Shown here: positions 10,120 through 19,808 of the stretch, piece by piece
Position numbering within the stretch: position 1 is the stretch's first letter
How the letters are laid out: each line of letters begins with the position of its first letter
NCBI GenBank assembly: GCA_900550355.1
Contig: URRT01000001.1
Span: 1-63,749 of the forward strand
DNA length: 63,749 nucleotides
Direction of reading: 5' to 3'
Source of the DNA: an uncultured Collinsella sp.
Lineage (GTDB): Bacteria > Actinomycetota > Coriobacteriia > Coriobacteriales > Coriobacteriaceae
Made by a program: the position numbers and the translations under genes
Notes under the pieces: generated by a model
What the model was told of the DNA's origin: nothing
The model's database searches: none
What the model saw: only the letters and a program-made list of their open reading frames with translations

Positions 10120-10545
10120 CTAGGCTCGTCCGCGTAGCTCAATGTCCTGGATGTCGTCGAAGTCGATGGCGATATCCCTGAGTTTGAGCAGCTTGAATGC
10201 GGGTAACACTTCGTCGAGAATGCCCGTGCGGCTACGATAGCCGTACATATCGTAATAGGTGACACGCACCAGGTCGCCGCGTTTGAGGCCCTCGAGCTTT
10301 TTCGAAAGCTCGAGGGCTTTTTCTTCTGTGAGTTCGCATTTGGGCTCAACAGTGATCTCTTGTTTGCGCACAAGCTCGTAGTATCCCGTGAGGGCGGCAA
10401 AGGGCATAAACTGCGCGGCACGGCCGGCGCGGATGGCGCCGTTGGCGGTGAGCTTGGGGTCGGCGGAGCGACGTCTTCCCTCGGGGTCCGCTAGACGTTC
10501 AAAAGGCGTCGGTGGCCGCATCGGCTGTTGTTGGGGCTTAGGCAC
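10120..10545 (-). CDS. YolD-like protein
   Basis: RAAQFMPFAALTGY motif; overlaps the Y-family polymerase stop. Confidence 0.8.
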   Translation of the reverse strand: MPKPQQQPMRPPTPFERLADPEGRRRSADPKLTANGAIRAGRAAQFMPFAALTGYYELVRKQEITVEPKCELTEEKALELSKKLEGLKRGDLVRVTYYDMYGYRSRTGILDEVLPAFKLLKLRDIAIDFDDIQDIELRGRA

Positions 10546-12043
10546 GATGTCCTCCTACCTGATCGTTGCGTTCGTGTGCGGTGGCGCCGGCGGTAAAGCT
10601 TAATCCCTTGACGAGTGCGTTCTTGCCGTACTTACCCTTTACGGCCAGGACGGCGCGCGCCAGGTCGCGCTCGCGCTCATCGGCCTCGATATCGCTAAAT
10701 AGATCGATGGTGGCAAATTCCTCGGGCATGAGGTTGCCAAAGCCCAGGTTGATGCGTTTGACCGGTCGTTTGGGATCGACGGTCTGCGCCCAGAGCTCAT
10801 CGAAATAGCCCATGATCTTCTTAAACGAATTGGTACGCTCGGGCAGCTTTCGCGAGGCGTTAGAGTGCGCAAAGAGTGCGGCATAGCCACCACGCGGTTT
10901 GCCGCCATGCTCTCCCACAAAGATGCCATCGATTGCCTGCGCCTCACGCACCAAGCGCCGCCGTTCGTCATCGCGCTGGACGGGCTTGGGCGCACGGGGC
11001 GCGAGCTCGGGGCCGGCGGTTGCGGTGGGTTCGATACTCGACGTGCTCGAGCGTAGGTGTCCGCATCCGTCCACATATTGCGCTGTACCGCTGGCATCGA
11101 GCCGGCGTATGTCGGCTCGTTCGCTCGCGTAGCCCACAAAGAGCGAGATGCTGTCGCAGACCACGCGCTTATCGACTAAGTCCAACACGGCGTTGTCGAC
11201 CATCTCGCGCAAGACGGTGTAGGCCTGCTCATAGGCATAGCCTTTCGATAGCACTTGCCCCGTGGTTGTTGAGGTTGCCTGCGGGCGATAGGCCTGAATA
11301 TCGGCGATGGTTGTCGGCTCGCGCCCAAAGGCGTGGTCGATGAGATACTCGGCATTGACGCCGAGCTCGTCGTAAAGCAGGTTTTCGTCGAGCGCCGCGA
11401 CGCCCATCAGATCGTAGACGCCGTATTTCTCGAGACGGGCCGCCACGCCGGGGCCGATGCCCCAGATGTCGGTGATGGGGCGATGGGGCCAGATCTCCTT
11501 GCGAAAGGTCTCGTCGTCGAGTTTTCCGATGCGACTGGGCACGTGCTTGGCGGTGATATCGAGTGCAACCTTGGCCTGGAATAGGTTGGGGCCGATGCCG
11601 ACCGTCGCCGTGATGCCGGTGCGTGCCAGGACCTCGTCGCGCAACATGCAGGCGAAGCCTTCCGCATCGGTGTGATAGAGGTCCAGATAGGGTGTCACGT
11701 CGATAAAGCACTCGTCAATTGAGTAGACGTGAATGTCTTGCGGACTCACGTATTCCAGATAGATGCCGTAGATTTGCGCCGACACCTCCATATAGTGCTG
11801 CATGCGCGGTACGGCCTTGATGTAGTCGATGCCGTCGGGAATCTCGAACAAACGGCAGCGGTTATGTATCCCGAGGTCTTTCATGGCCTGCGTGATAGCG
11901 AGACAGATGGTCGTGCGCCCGCGCGATTCGTCGGCAACGACCAGGCACGTAGTGAGGGGGTCGAGTCCGCGGTCGACGCACTCGACGCTGGCGTAAAACG
12001 TCTTAAGGTCGATGCAGATATAGGTGTGACGCTCGTGCCCCAC
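10538..12043 (-). CDS. Y-family DNA polymerase (ImpB/MucB/UmuC-like)
   Basis: CIDLKTFYASVEC, YSIDECFID, TVGIGPN, IWGIG; GGAGG RBS before GTG 12043. Confidence 0.92.
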   Translation of the reverse strand: MGHERHTYICIDLKTFYASVECVDRGLDPLTTCLVVADESRGRTTICLAITQAMKDLGIHNRCRLFEIPDGIDYIKAVPRMQHYMEVSAQIYGIYLEYVSPQDIHVYSIDECFIDVTPYLDLYHTDAEGFACMLRDEVLARTGITATVGIGPNLFQAKVALDITAKHVPSRIGKLDDETFRKEIWPHRPITDIWGIGPGVAARLEKYGVYDLMGVAALDENLLYDELGVNAEYLIDHAFGREPTTIADIQAYRPQATSTTTGQVLSKGYAYEQAYTVLREMVDNAVLDLVDKRVVCDSISLFVGYASERADIRRLDASGTAQYVDGCGHLRSSTSSIEPTATAGPELAPRAPKPVQRDDERRRLVREAQAIDGIFVGEHGGKPRGGYAALFAHSNASRKLPERTNSFKKIMGYFDELWAQTVDPKRPVKRINLGFGNLMPEEFATIDLFSDIEADERERDLARAVLAVKGKYGKNALVKGLSFTAGATAHERNDQVGGHRA

Positions 12044-12054
12044 GCGTCCTCCCA

Positions 12055-12087
12055 TCAAACACATGTTCTTATCGAATACATGTTCGA
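12055..12087. promoter_or_regulatory. Tandem LexA (SOS) boxes
   Basis: tcaaacacatgttctt 12055-12070 and tcgaatacatgttcga 12072-12087, compared with Gram-positive TCGAAC-N4-GTTCGA. Confidence 0.75.
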
Positions 12088-12263
12088 TAATACCCGCTCG
12101 TCTGGACATCGTCAAAACCTGCCCCTTTTGGTAGGTATGGCCGTGCGGTTGAATCGGGTTTTAACGCAGCTCTAAAGAGTGCGAAACAGCTCGGAAAACC
12201 TTGCTTCGTAGCATGAGCTTAACGATCGATACCACCATAAAGCACGGAAGGGTTGTGGGAAAG

Positions 12264-12785
12264 ATGGTCAATTATGGGTTTGGTATGCCGACGCGCCTTG
12301 TTGCGGATGGAGACGTGGCTCGCTGGTGCGGGCGATTGGTTGCCCACTATGGCGGCACCAAGGCACTGGTCGTGCTGGGCGGTGACAAGCATACGCGCGA
12401 TGAGCTTGTCTCGGCGGCACTCGGCTCGGTTGATCGAGCTCTGCTCGAGCGCGTGCTTTTCCGCTGCGGCTCGGTTGGCGACGGGGGAGACGAGCTGATC
12501 GACGAAGCCGTGGCCCTGGCGACCGACGAACGCGTGGACTTTGTCCTGGCGATCGGCGATGCCGATACTGCCGGCTTTGCGCGCGAACTCGCGCGTCGCA
12601 TGGCGGCGCTCGATGCCGGCGAAGACGGTTTTGTCCCTTATGGATGTATTGTCTCGGAGGGCAAAGTGCCTGCCGTCGTGGGAGCCGGTGAGGTTCCCGT
12701 TTTTGTCATTATCGCTCCCGAACTGCTTGAGGGCATTGGGTCTCCTCTGCGAGAGTTGCTCGGTAGCGTCTGCGCCGCGGCCTGA
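12264..12785 (+). CDS. Iron-containing alcohol dehydrogenase-like N-terminal domain only (diverged or truncated)
   Basis: YGFGMPTRLV, GTKALVVLGG, VDFVLAIG; lacks the C-terminal metal-binding half. Confidence 0.55.
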   Translation: MVNYGFGMPTRLVADGDVARWCGRLVAHYGGTKALVVLGGDKHTRDELVSAALGSVDRALLERVLFRCGSVGDGGDELIDEAVALATDERVDFVLAIGDADTAGFARELARRMAALDAGEDGFVPYGCIVSEGKVPAVVGAGEVPVFVIIAPELLEGIGSPLRELLGSVCAAA

Positions 12786-12795
12786 TATTTGCCAT

Positions 12796-12857
12796 AAAGG
12801 GACAGGTTAATTTTTGTAGGTAAAGCGTTTGACCTGCCAAAATAAACCTGTCCCTTT
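12796..12857. repeat. REP-like palindrome (GGGACAGGTT family)
   Basis: aaagggacaggtt...aacctgtcccttt; left arm recurs at 54015-54040. Confidence 0.7.
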
Positions 12858-12984
12858 TTGGTCGGTCGCCGTTTGGGGGCGGATTGGCAACGCTCGCTGA
12901 TTACGGTCTTGACCTGCGCTAGAATAGGGTCATCTGATTATCCGGGCGCATGGAGGCGTGCGCCCGTATGCTGAGGAGGACTCT

Positions 12985-14679
12985 ATGGCAACTGTTGCCG
13001 CACCTATCGATGCTACGTCGACTGCCGCTTGGAAGGCGCTCGAGGCTCATCAGGAGAAGCTCGAGGCCGAAGGTATCGACCTCAAGGCCTGGTTCGCCGC
13101 CGATGCCGAGCGCGTGAACAAGCTGAGCTTTGACGCCGGCGACCTTCACTTCGATCTGTCCAAGAACCTGGTGACCGATGAGACCGTCAAGCTGCTGTGC
13201 GATCTTGCCCGCGAGGTGAAGCTCGAGGAGCGCCGCGACGCCATGTTCTCCGGTGAGCACATCAATACCACCGAGGACCGCGCCGTTCTGCACACCGCGC
13301 TGCGCCGCCCGGCAACCGAGAAGGGCCAGCTCATCGTCGACGGCCAGGACGTCGTCGCCGACGTGCACGAGGTCCTCGACCGCATGTATGCCTTCGCCGA
13401 GCGCGTTCGCTCCGGTGAGTGGAAGGGCGTTACCGGCAAGAAGATCGAGCACCTGGTGTCCATCGGCATCGGCGGCTCCGACCTGGGCCCGGTCATGGCC
13501 TACGAGGCCCTGCGTCCCTATGCCGACGCCGGTATCGACTGCCGCTATATCTCCAACATCGACCCCAACGATCAGGCAGAGAAGCTCAAGGGCCTCGATC
13601 CCGAGACCACGCTCGTAATCATCGTCTCCAAGACTTTCACCACGCTCGAGACCCTCACCAACGCCCGCGAGGTCAAGACCTGGATGCTCGAACAGCTCAA
13701 GGCTCAGGGTGCCATCGACGGCTCCGATGAGCAGAACGCCGAGGCCGTGGCCAAGCACTTCGTCGCTGTCTCCACCGCACTCGACAAGGTTGAGGCCTTC
13801 GGCATCGACCCCGCCAACGCCTTCGGCTTCTGGAACTGGGTCGGCGGCCGCTATTCCGTTGACTCCGCCGTGGGTCTGTCGCTGATCGTCGTGCTCGGTC
13901 CCGAGCGCTTCCAGCAGTTCCTTGAGGGCTTCCACGCTATCGATGAGTACTTCTGCAATACCCCGCTCGAGCACAACGCCGTCGCGCTGATGGGCCTGCT
14001 CAACGTCTGGTACGTCAACTTCTTCGGCTCCAAGAGCCACGCCGTGCTTCCGTACTGCCAGTATCTGCACCGTTTCCCGGCCTACCTGCAGCAGCTCACC
14101 ATGGAGTCCAACGGCAAGCACGTCCGCTGGGACGGCAGCGCCGTGACCTCCGACACTGGTGAGATTTTCTGGGGCGAGCCCGGCACCAACGGTCAGCACG
14201 CCTTCTACCAGCTGCTGCACCAGGGCACCGTGGTGGTCCCGGCCGACTTTATCGCTTTCGCCAACACTGCCAACCCCGCAACCGACAGCGGCCAGGATGT
14301 CCACGAGCTGTTCCTGGGCAACTTCCTGGCCCAGACCAAGGCGCTCGCCTTTGGCAAGACGGCCGACGAGGTTCGTGCCGAGGGCACGCCCGAGCAGATC
14401 GTCCCGGCCCGCTGCTTCGAGGGCAACCGTCCCACGACCTCGATCTTCGGCGACACGCTGACCCCGTTCGCACTCGGCGAGCTCATCGCCCTGTACGAGC
14501 ACATCACGTTTGTCGAGGGCACGGTCTGGGGCATCGACTCCTACGACCAGTGGGGCGTCGAGCTGGGCAAGCAGCTTGCCAAGCAGATTACCCCGGCCTT
14601 CCACGACGATGCCGCCAAGGCCGAGCAGGACGCTTCGACCCAGGCGCTCATCGAGTTCTATCGCGCGCATCGCAAGTAG
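12985..14679 (+). CDS. pgi: Glucose-6-phosphate isomerase
   Basis: [42 protein letters not shown]. Confidence 0.97.
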   Translation: MATVAAPIDATSTAAWKALEAHQEKLEAEGIDLKAWFAADAERVNKLSFDAGDLHFDLSKNLVTDETVKLLCDLAREVKLEERRDAMFSGEHINTTEDRAVLHTALRRPATEKGQLIVDGQDVVADVHEVLDRMYAFAERVRSGEWKGVTGKKIEHLVSIGIGGSDLGPVMAYEALRPYADAGIDCRYISNIDPNDQAEKLKGLDPETTLVIIVSKTFTTLETLTNAREVKTWMLEQLKAQGAIDGSDEQNAEAVAKHFVAVSTALDKVEAFGIDPANAFGFWNWVGGRYSVDSAVGLSLIVVLGPERFQQFLEGFHAIDEYFCNTPLEHNAVALMGLLNVWYVNFFGSKSHAVLPYCQYLHRFPAYLQQLTMESNGKHVRWDGSAVTSDTGEIFWGEPGTNGQHAFYQLLHQGTVVVPADFIAFANTANPATDSGQDVHELFLGNFLAQTKALAFGKTADEVRAEGTPEQIVPARCFEGNRPTTSIFGDTLTPFALGELIALYEHITFVEGTVWGIDSYDQWGVELGKQLAKQITPAFHDDAAKAEQDASTQALIEFYRAHRK

Positions 14680-14711
14680 TCGCTGCTGTTAACGCATCGC
14701 GCCTTATAGTC

Positions 14712-14745
14712 AGGGGCCCGTATCCTATCGGATGCGGGCCCCTTT
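14712..14745. terminator. Intrinsic terminator after pgi
   Basis: aggggcccgtatcc...ggatgcgggccccttt. Confidence 0.7.
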
Positions 14746-14820
14746 GCTTTGCCGTGGTCCCGGGGCGCACGGCCTTTGTGGAACATCGCCGGGGCGCCAC
14801 GCGCTGCGAGAACCCTGCGC

Positions 14821-16125
14821 CTAGATCTCGGCCTCCGCATGGCCTCGCTGCGCCTCGGGCAGCTCCCCGTAGAGCGGATGGTCTTCGAGCCTAAAGCGCT
14901 CGACCTGTTCGGGAGTGCGACCGCGTACAAAGAGCCACGAGCGATCAATCGGCGTCGCCATGAGCGTGCTGGGCAGCGCGTCAGCGCGGTCGGAAAACAC
15001 CCGGGCACTCTCGGGATCCTGGAACGCCAGCACCAGATGCGTGTCGCAGTTGCCCATGATGGAGCGTGCGCGTGCCTCGCCATAGAGCGCATCGAGCTGG
15101 TTGGTCGACTGCAGCAGCAGCGTTGCCCAGATGTTGCGGCTTCGGATAATCGAGAGCACGTTGTCGATCTGGGGGATCTGCAGATTTGCGAAGTCATCGA
15201 GCATAAAGCGCACGGGCACGGGCAGGCTGCCGTCGGGCTGCCTATCGGCCTCACGAATGAGGCCCATAAACGCCTGCGAAATAAAGAGGCCGGTCAGCGG
15301 ATCGAGATTGCGGTCAATATCGCTCACGGTTACAAACAGGGCGCAGGGGGTGTGTCCCATGGAAGCGAAGTCCACCTGATGGCACTCACGATAGAGCTGT
15401 GCCGCACCGTCGAATCCCAGACACATGACCTTTTCGGCAAGGATGCCGACGATGCTCGCGTGCATGCGCTCGGCATTTTGCGTAATGGCGTAGCGCCGCC
15501 ATAGCGAGAGGGCATAGCTTTGGGGGTCGGTCGTGATCAGGTCGTCAAACAATCGACCCGTGGCACCGTCCTGCAGGTGCTCGATCAGCTTGATGACCGA
15601 GCTGATCGTCTGCTCGTCGGCGGGTAGCTGTTCAGTGACGTAGGCGATAAGACACGACAGCAGGTTTGCCGCCGCATGATCCCAAAAAGGCTGGTTGTTG
15701 TCCTCGATGGGGCAGATGGCCTTTGCCACCGAGAGGATGTCCTGCTGGTTGGGCCTGCCGTCCGCCTTGCGGCGAATGTGCCTCAGGGGGTTGTAGCCGC
15801 AGCGCTCGATGCCGGGCGCAAGGGCCGGGACGGTGTTGAGGTCGGCGAAGTTGAGACATTGCACGCGGTAACCGTGGGCTGCCAGCACGGGTCCCACTTC
15901 GCGACAGAGCGTGCCTTTGGTGTCGAGCACGATGTAGCTTGCGTTCATTTGCAGTAGGTTGGGCTTGAGGACGTTTCGGGTCTTGCCGGCTCCCGAGGGG
16001 CCGATCACAAGTGCATTGTTGTTGAGTCCCGTTTGGCGGGTGTCGCAGGAAAGCGTTCGATCCTTGGCGAGGATGGTGGACAATGCGGACTCAGATGCGG
16101 CGAGGCGGCTGGCGAGGTTAGACAT
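14821..16125 (-). CDS. VirD4/TraG-like coupling-protein family ATPase lacking N-terminal TM segments
   Basis: LNNNALVIGPSGAGKTR, LDTKG, YNPL, FWDHAA, FMLDDFANL, IRSRNI, LQSTNQL, IMGNCD. Confidence 0.85.
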   Translation of the reverse strand: MSNLASRLAASESALSTILAKDRTLSCDTRQTGLNNNALVIGPSGAGKTRNVLKPNLLQMNASYIVLDTKGTLCREVGPVLAAHGYRVQCLNFADLNTVPALAPGIERCGYNPLRHIRRKADGRPNQQDILSVAKAICPIEDNNQPFWDHAAANLLSCLIAYVTEQLPADEQTISSVIKLIEHLQDGATGRLFDDLITTDPQSYALSLWRRYAITQNAERMHASIVGILAEKVMCLGFDGAAQLYRECHQVDFASMGHTPCALFVTVSDIDRNLDPLTGLFISQAFMGLIREADRQPDGSLPVPVRFMLDDFANLQIPQIDNVLSIIRSRNIWATLLLQSTNQLDALYGEARARSIMGNCDTHLVLAFQDPESARVFSDRADALPSTLMATPIDRSWLFVRGRTPEQVERFRLEDHPLYGELPEAQRGHAEAEI

Positions 16126-16735
16126 GGGCGACCTCCTTGGTGGTCGAGAGGATTTCGTGGGCAAAGCCGAGCTCGACGGCGCGCTCGGCCGAAAGGTAGG
16201 TGTCTTTTGCGGTGAGGGACTGGATGCGCTTGGGCGTGAGGCCGCTGCGGTCCGAGAGGATTTGCGTGAGGGTCTTGCGGGTCTGCATGAGACGCCGGCT
16301 GGTTTCCTGCAGCGCAAGTGCCGAGCCGCCTGCCCCCTGGGGGATCAGCGGGTCGTGAATCATGAGCTCTGCATGGGGCGCCATACGGCGATCGTCGCCG
16401 CCCATAAAGATCACGGCGCCCATGGACGCGGCGAATTCCAGGCAGACGGTGCGGATGGGGCACGATGCGAGGCGCATGGCGTCATAGATCGCAAGACCCG
16501 ATCGCACGCTTCCGCCGGCGCTGGCGACAAATATGGTGATGGGACGGCTGGGGTCGGTGGCATCGAGCAGGCGGATCTGCTGGCATAGGTCGTGAGCCAT
16601 CGGGGTTTCGATGTTTCCTATGACGGAGAGCTCGCGACGGGCGAGCATCTCATCGTAAATGCTGGTGAGCGTGATACCTCGGGCGGATTCACGCATGGTG
16701 AGGGGGCTGATGATGGGGGAATGATTGGTGTCCAT
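16118..16735 (-). CDS. clpP: ClpP-family serine protease
   Basis: SAGGSV..GLAIYDAM, AASMG (Ser), MIHDP (His), DTYLSAERAVELG (Asp). Confidence 0.88.
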   Translation of the reverse strand: MDTNHSPIISPLTMRESARGITLTSIYDEMLARRELSVIGNIETPMAHDLCQQIRLLDATDPSRPITIFVASAGGSVRSGLAIYDAMRLASCPIRTVCLEFAASMGAVIFMGGDDRRMAPHAELMIHDPLIPQGAGGSALALQETSRRLMQTRKTLTQILSDRSGLTPKRIQSLTAKDTYLSAERAVELGFAHEILSTTKEVAHV

Positions 16736-16798
16736 GAGGACTCCTTTCTGTTGGTTGTGTTGTGGAATAGGATTGTTGCCCGCGGAGGGGCTGGCGGG

Positions 16799-17689
16799 CT
16801 ACAGGGTTCGTCCGAGCCTGAGATCGAGCTCGGTTGTGGGGCAGGCTGCCTGTTCGTGCGGCTCGCAAGCGCCAAGGGCTCCAAAGCGATGGAGCGTTGC
16901 GACGGGCGTGGTGTAGGCGAGCCGCAGCTGATGCTCGACAGGGGCACATCCGTCATTTTTGTAATGAGCCGCGTAGTACTGCGCGATGCTGGCGTTCATC
17001 TCGCTGCCATTGCGATGGCGCTCAAACTGGCGTCTGCAGGTCTCGATGATCTTTGCTACCGACTTGGGTGCCGTCGCGGGAACAAGGGCGAGATAGCCCT
17101 CAAATAGCTCGTTGATGTTCAGGAGGCACAGCAGGTCGATCAGCGTCCTTATGGCTGCTCCCTCGGCGGAAAAGTGCGCGGTCATGCGGTTATATCGGTT
17201 GCGGTCGACGATGGCCGCATGGGGTCTTGGAGTTTTCTGCCCCGTGGTCCCGGGCTTTTGCCGCGCCTGTGTATTGAGCTCGACGTTGCAGCGCTTGAGG
17301 CCGTCCAACGGAAGGAACAGTGCGGTGCGCAGGGTGTTCCGCTTGCTTTCGAGTTCATGACGCTCGTCGGGTTCCCATTCGAGCTTAAGTTTCGTGTCGA
17401 GCGCCGTAAGCATATGGGCTAGGCAGCCTACGGTAAGAACGTACGAATCGTTGTCGCGTTTTGGGGCATAGGGGTCTGTCAGCTTGCGAATGTCGGGGTC
17501 GCCCATGATCTTTGTGCAGCGCTTCAGCAGTTGGGGGTGGTCGGCCAAGATCGTCGCGATCGGTAGCGACGCGTAGTTCTTGATGGTCGCGGCGGCAAAG
17601 GCGGCGTCATATTCGTTTGCATATGCTCGCTCAATGCGGGCATCCAAAATGCTTTTCTTATCGCCGTCTTCAGCGTGGTGGTTTGTCAT
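16799..17689 (-). CDS. Hypothetical protein
   Basis: Long ORF; GGAG RBS before MTNHHAED; co-oriented with clpP and the virD4-like gene. Confidence 0.65.
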   Translation of the reverse strand: MTNHHAEDGDKKSILDARIERAYANEYDAAFAAATIKNYASLPIATILADHPQLLKRCTKIMGDPDIRKLTDPYAPKRDNDSYVLTVGCLAHMLTALDTKLKLEWEPDERHELESKRNTLRTALFLPLDGLKRCNVELNTQARQKPGTTGQKTPRPHAAIVDRNRYNRMTAHFSAEGAAIRTLIDLLCLLNINELFEGYLALVPATAPKSVAKIIETCRRQFERHRNGSEMNASIAQYYAAHYKNDGCAPVEHQLRLAYTTPVATLHRFGALGACEPHEQAACPTTELDLRLGRTL

Positions 17690-18178
17690 AGCTTCTCCAA
17701 TCGGTTGATGTTCGTGCTGTTTGTTGATGTGTTGGTTGTCGTGAGTGATGTGCTTGCCGTGGGTGATGTGCTGACGTTGGGGTGCTATGCGGTTTTCAAT
17801 GAGCCCGTGAGGCAGTTGCTGCAGGGGCGGGATGGAACGGCCCATGCAAGGCGGAAGGCATCGTGCTCAAAATCGAGACAGCAATGCCCTGGGTGCCTCA
17901 CATGTGGCAGTTACCTCATTAAGTTGTCATTGCGTTTGGGGTTGTACTTTGCCGATTTTCCTTCTCTTACACGCTGAAACTCAAACTTCATATGCTCGAT
18001 CTACTTAAAACCGCAACGGCGGTCTTTTATCAACTTATATGTCAGAACGCGTCTTTGCAAGTACTTTTTTGCGTTTGTTTCAAATGGGGTGGTTTTGCAA
18101 CCGTCATACGCGTGCTGTGCGAACGTGCCTCGGCTCGGATAAGATAGTGCGCGATAAAAAAGATGCAAGGAGGCATAT

Positions 18179-19021
18179 ATGGCAATCAAAGCCATCGCAA
18201 TGGATATCGACGGTACGCTCACCAACGATCAGAAAGTGATTAGCCCGCGTACGCGCGAGAAGCTGCTCGCGGCGCAGGAGTCGGGCATTAAGCTCATTTT
18301 GGCTTCGGGCCGTCCCGCATGGGGGCTGCACGCCTTGGCGCAGGAGCTCGACCTTCAAAACCATGACGGTCTGCTGGTGGCCTTTAACGGCGCTCACGTC
18401 GTCGATGCCCAGACCGACGAGGTGCTGTTCGATCAGGCCATGCCGGCTGACGAACTGCACCGTCTGATTGATCATCTGCGTAATTTTGACGTGATCCCTA
18501 TGATTTCGCTCGGTCGCGATCTGCACGTCGAGGATTCGTACCATTGCATGATCACGCTGCCTGACGGCTCGCAGAAGAATATCGTCAAGTATGAGCGCGA
18601 CGCGTGCGATCTTAAGATTCGCGAGGTGGAGAGCCTGCATGAGGTCGCTGATGCTTATCCCGTGGACAAGCTACTCACTGCGGGTGACCCGGCCTATCTG
18701 CAAGCGCATCACGAGGAGATGTACGCGCCCTTTACTCAGACGCTTTCGGGCATGTTTACGGCTGACTGGTACTTTGAGTACACGGCGCCCGGTATCGACA
18801 AGGCCCGTGCGCTCGAGGGTGCCCTGCCCAAGCTCGGCATCGATGCCAGTGAGGTCGTGTCGTTTGGCGACGGCCAGAACGACAAGTCCATGATTGAGTG
18901 GGCCGGCACCGGTGTTGCCATGGGCAACGCCGTCGATGAGGTTAAGGCTGTAGCCCAGATGGTGACCGCCAATAACAACGAAGACGGTATTGCGGTGGCG
19001 CTGGATAAGCTGCTGGGTTAG
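18179..19021 (+). CDS. Cof-type HAD-IIB hydrolase
   Basis: MDIDGTL, ASGR, FGDGQNDKSM. Confidence 0.93.
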   Translation: MAIKAIAMDIDGTLTNDQKVISPRTREKLLAAQESGIKLILASGRPAWGLHALAQELDLQNHDGLLVAFNGAHVVDAQTDEVLFDQAMPADELHRLIDHLRNFDVIPMISLGRDLHVEDSYHCMITLPDGSQKNIVKYERDACDLKIREVESLHEVADAYPVDKLLTAGDPAYLQAHHEEMYAPFTQTLSGMFTADWYFEYTAPGIDKARALEGALPKLGIDASEVVSFGDGQNDKSMIEWAGTGVAMGNAVDEVKAVAQMVTANNNEDGIAVALDKLLG

Positions 19022-19084
19022 AATCGCCGATAATGCATGGTTCGGGCGCCTGCTTACAGGCGCCCTTTTGTTAGGGAGGGTGCC

Positions 19085-19744
19085 GTGTCCGCATTTCCGT
19101 TCGACGCCGTTATCTTTGACATGGACGGCGTTATTGTCGATACCGAGTATTACTACCTGGGCGAGACTGCCGCGTTTGCCAAGGAGCTTGGGCTTAACCT
19201 GACTCAAGAGGAGTTGAATGGGCAGGTTGGTACCTCGCATCAGTTCTTCCTGCATATGCTGGTCGATTGGTTTGAGCGTGCCGGTAAGGGGCATTTTACT
19301 GGCGAGGAGGCGTTGGCCCGTTGGGATGAGTGGGCGCATAAGCGTCCGCGCGACTATCAGACTTTGATTAACCCAGGCGCCGTGGATACGATTCGAGAGC
19401 TGCCGCGCCGCGGCGTTCGCGTGGCGCTTGCCAGCTCGTCTCCCATGGATAGCATCGAGGAAGTGCTCAATGCATGCGGGCTGTCGGATGCCTTTGAGTA
19501 TGTGGTGAGCGGCGAGCAGTTTAAGGAGAGCAAGCCCGAGCCCGACATCTACCTGCATGCGCTGGACCTGCTGGGGCTGCCCGCGAATCGCTGCTGCTGC
19601 GTTGAGGATTCGGTGCCTGGCATCACTGCCGGCAAGCGAGCCGGCCTGACAGTTATTGCCAAGCGCGAGGAGCGCTTTGGCTTTAGCCAGGATGCCGCGG
19701 ACAAGATTATCGACCAGCTGCCGGAGCTGCTGGAACTCGCGTAG
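19085..19744 (+). CDS. HAD family phosphatase
   Basis: FDMDGVIVDTE, SKPEPDIY, VEDS. Confidence 0.92.
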   Translation: MSAFPFDAVIFDMDGVIVDTEYYYLGETAAFAKELGLNLTQEELNGQVGTSHQFFLHMLVDWFERAGKGHFTGEEALARWDEWAHKRPRDYQTLINPGAVDTIRELPRRGVRVALASSSPMDSIEEVLNACGLSDAFEYVVSGEQFKESKPEPDIYLHALDLLGLPANRCCCVEDSVPGITAGKRAGLTVIAKREERFGFSQDAADKIIDQLPELLELA

Positions 19745-19808
19745 ATCCTGGGCGGTACTGCTGTCGCAACAGTGGTTCCGTTGGCATAAGAGAGAGAGGA
19801 GCGGCGTC

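Noticed and set aside
14821..16125. VirD4-like gene as evidence of an ICE or conjugative element
   Set aside because: No relaxase, T4SS genes, integrase or att sites visible.
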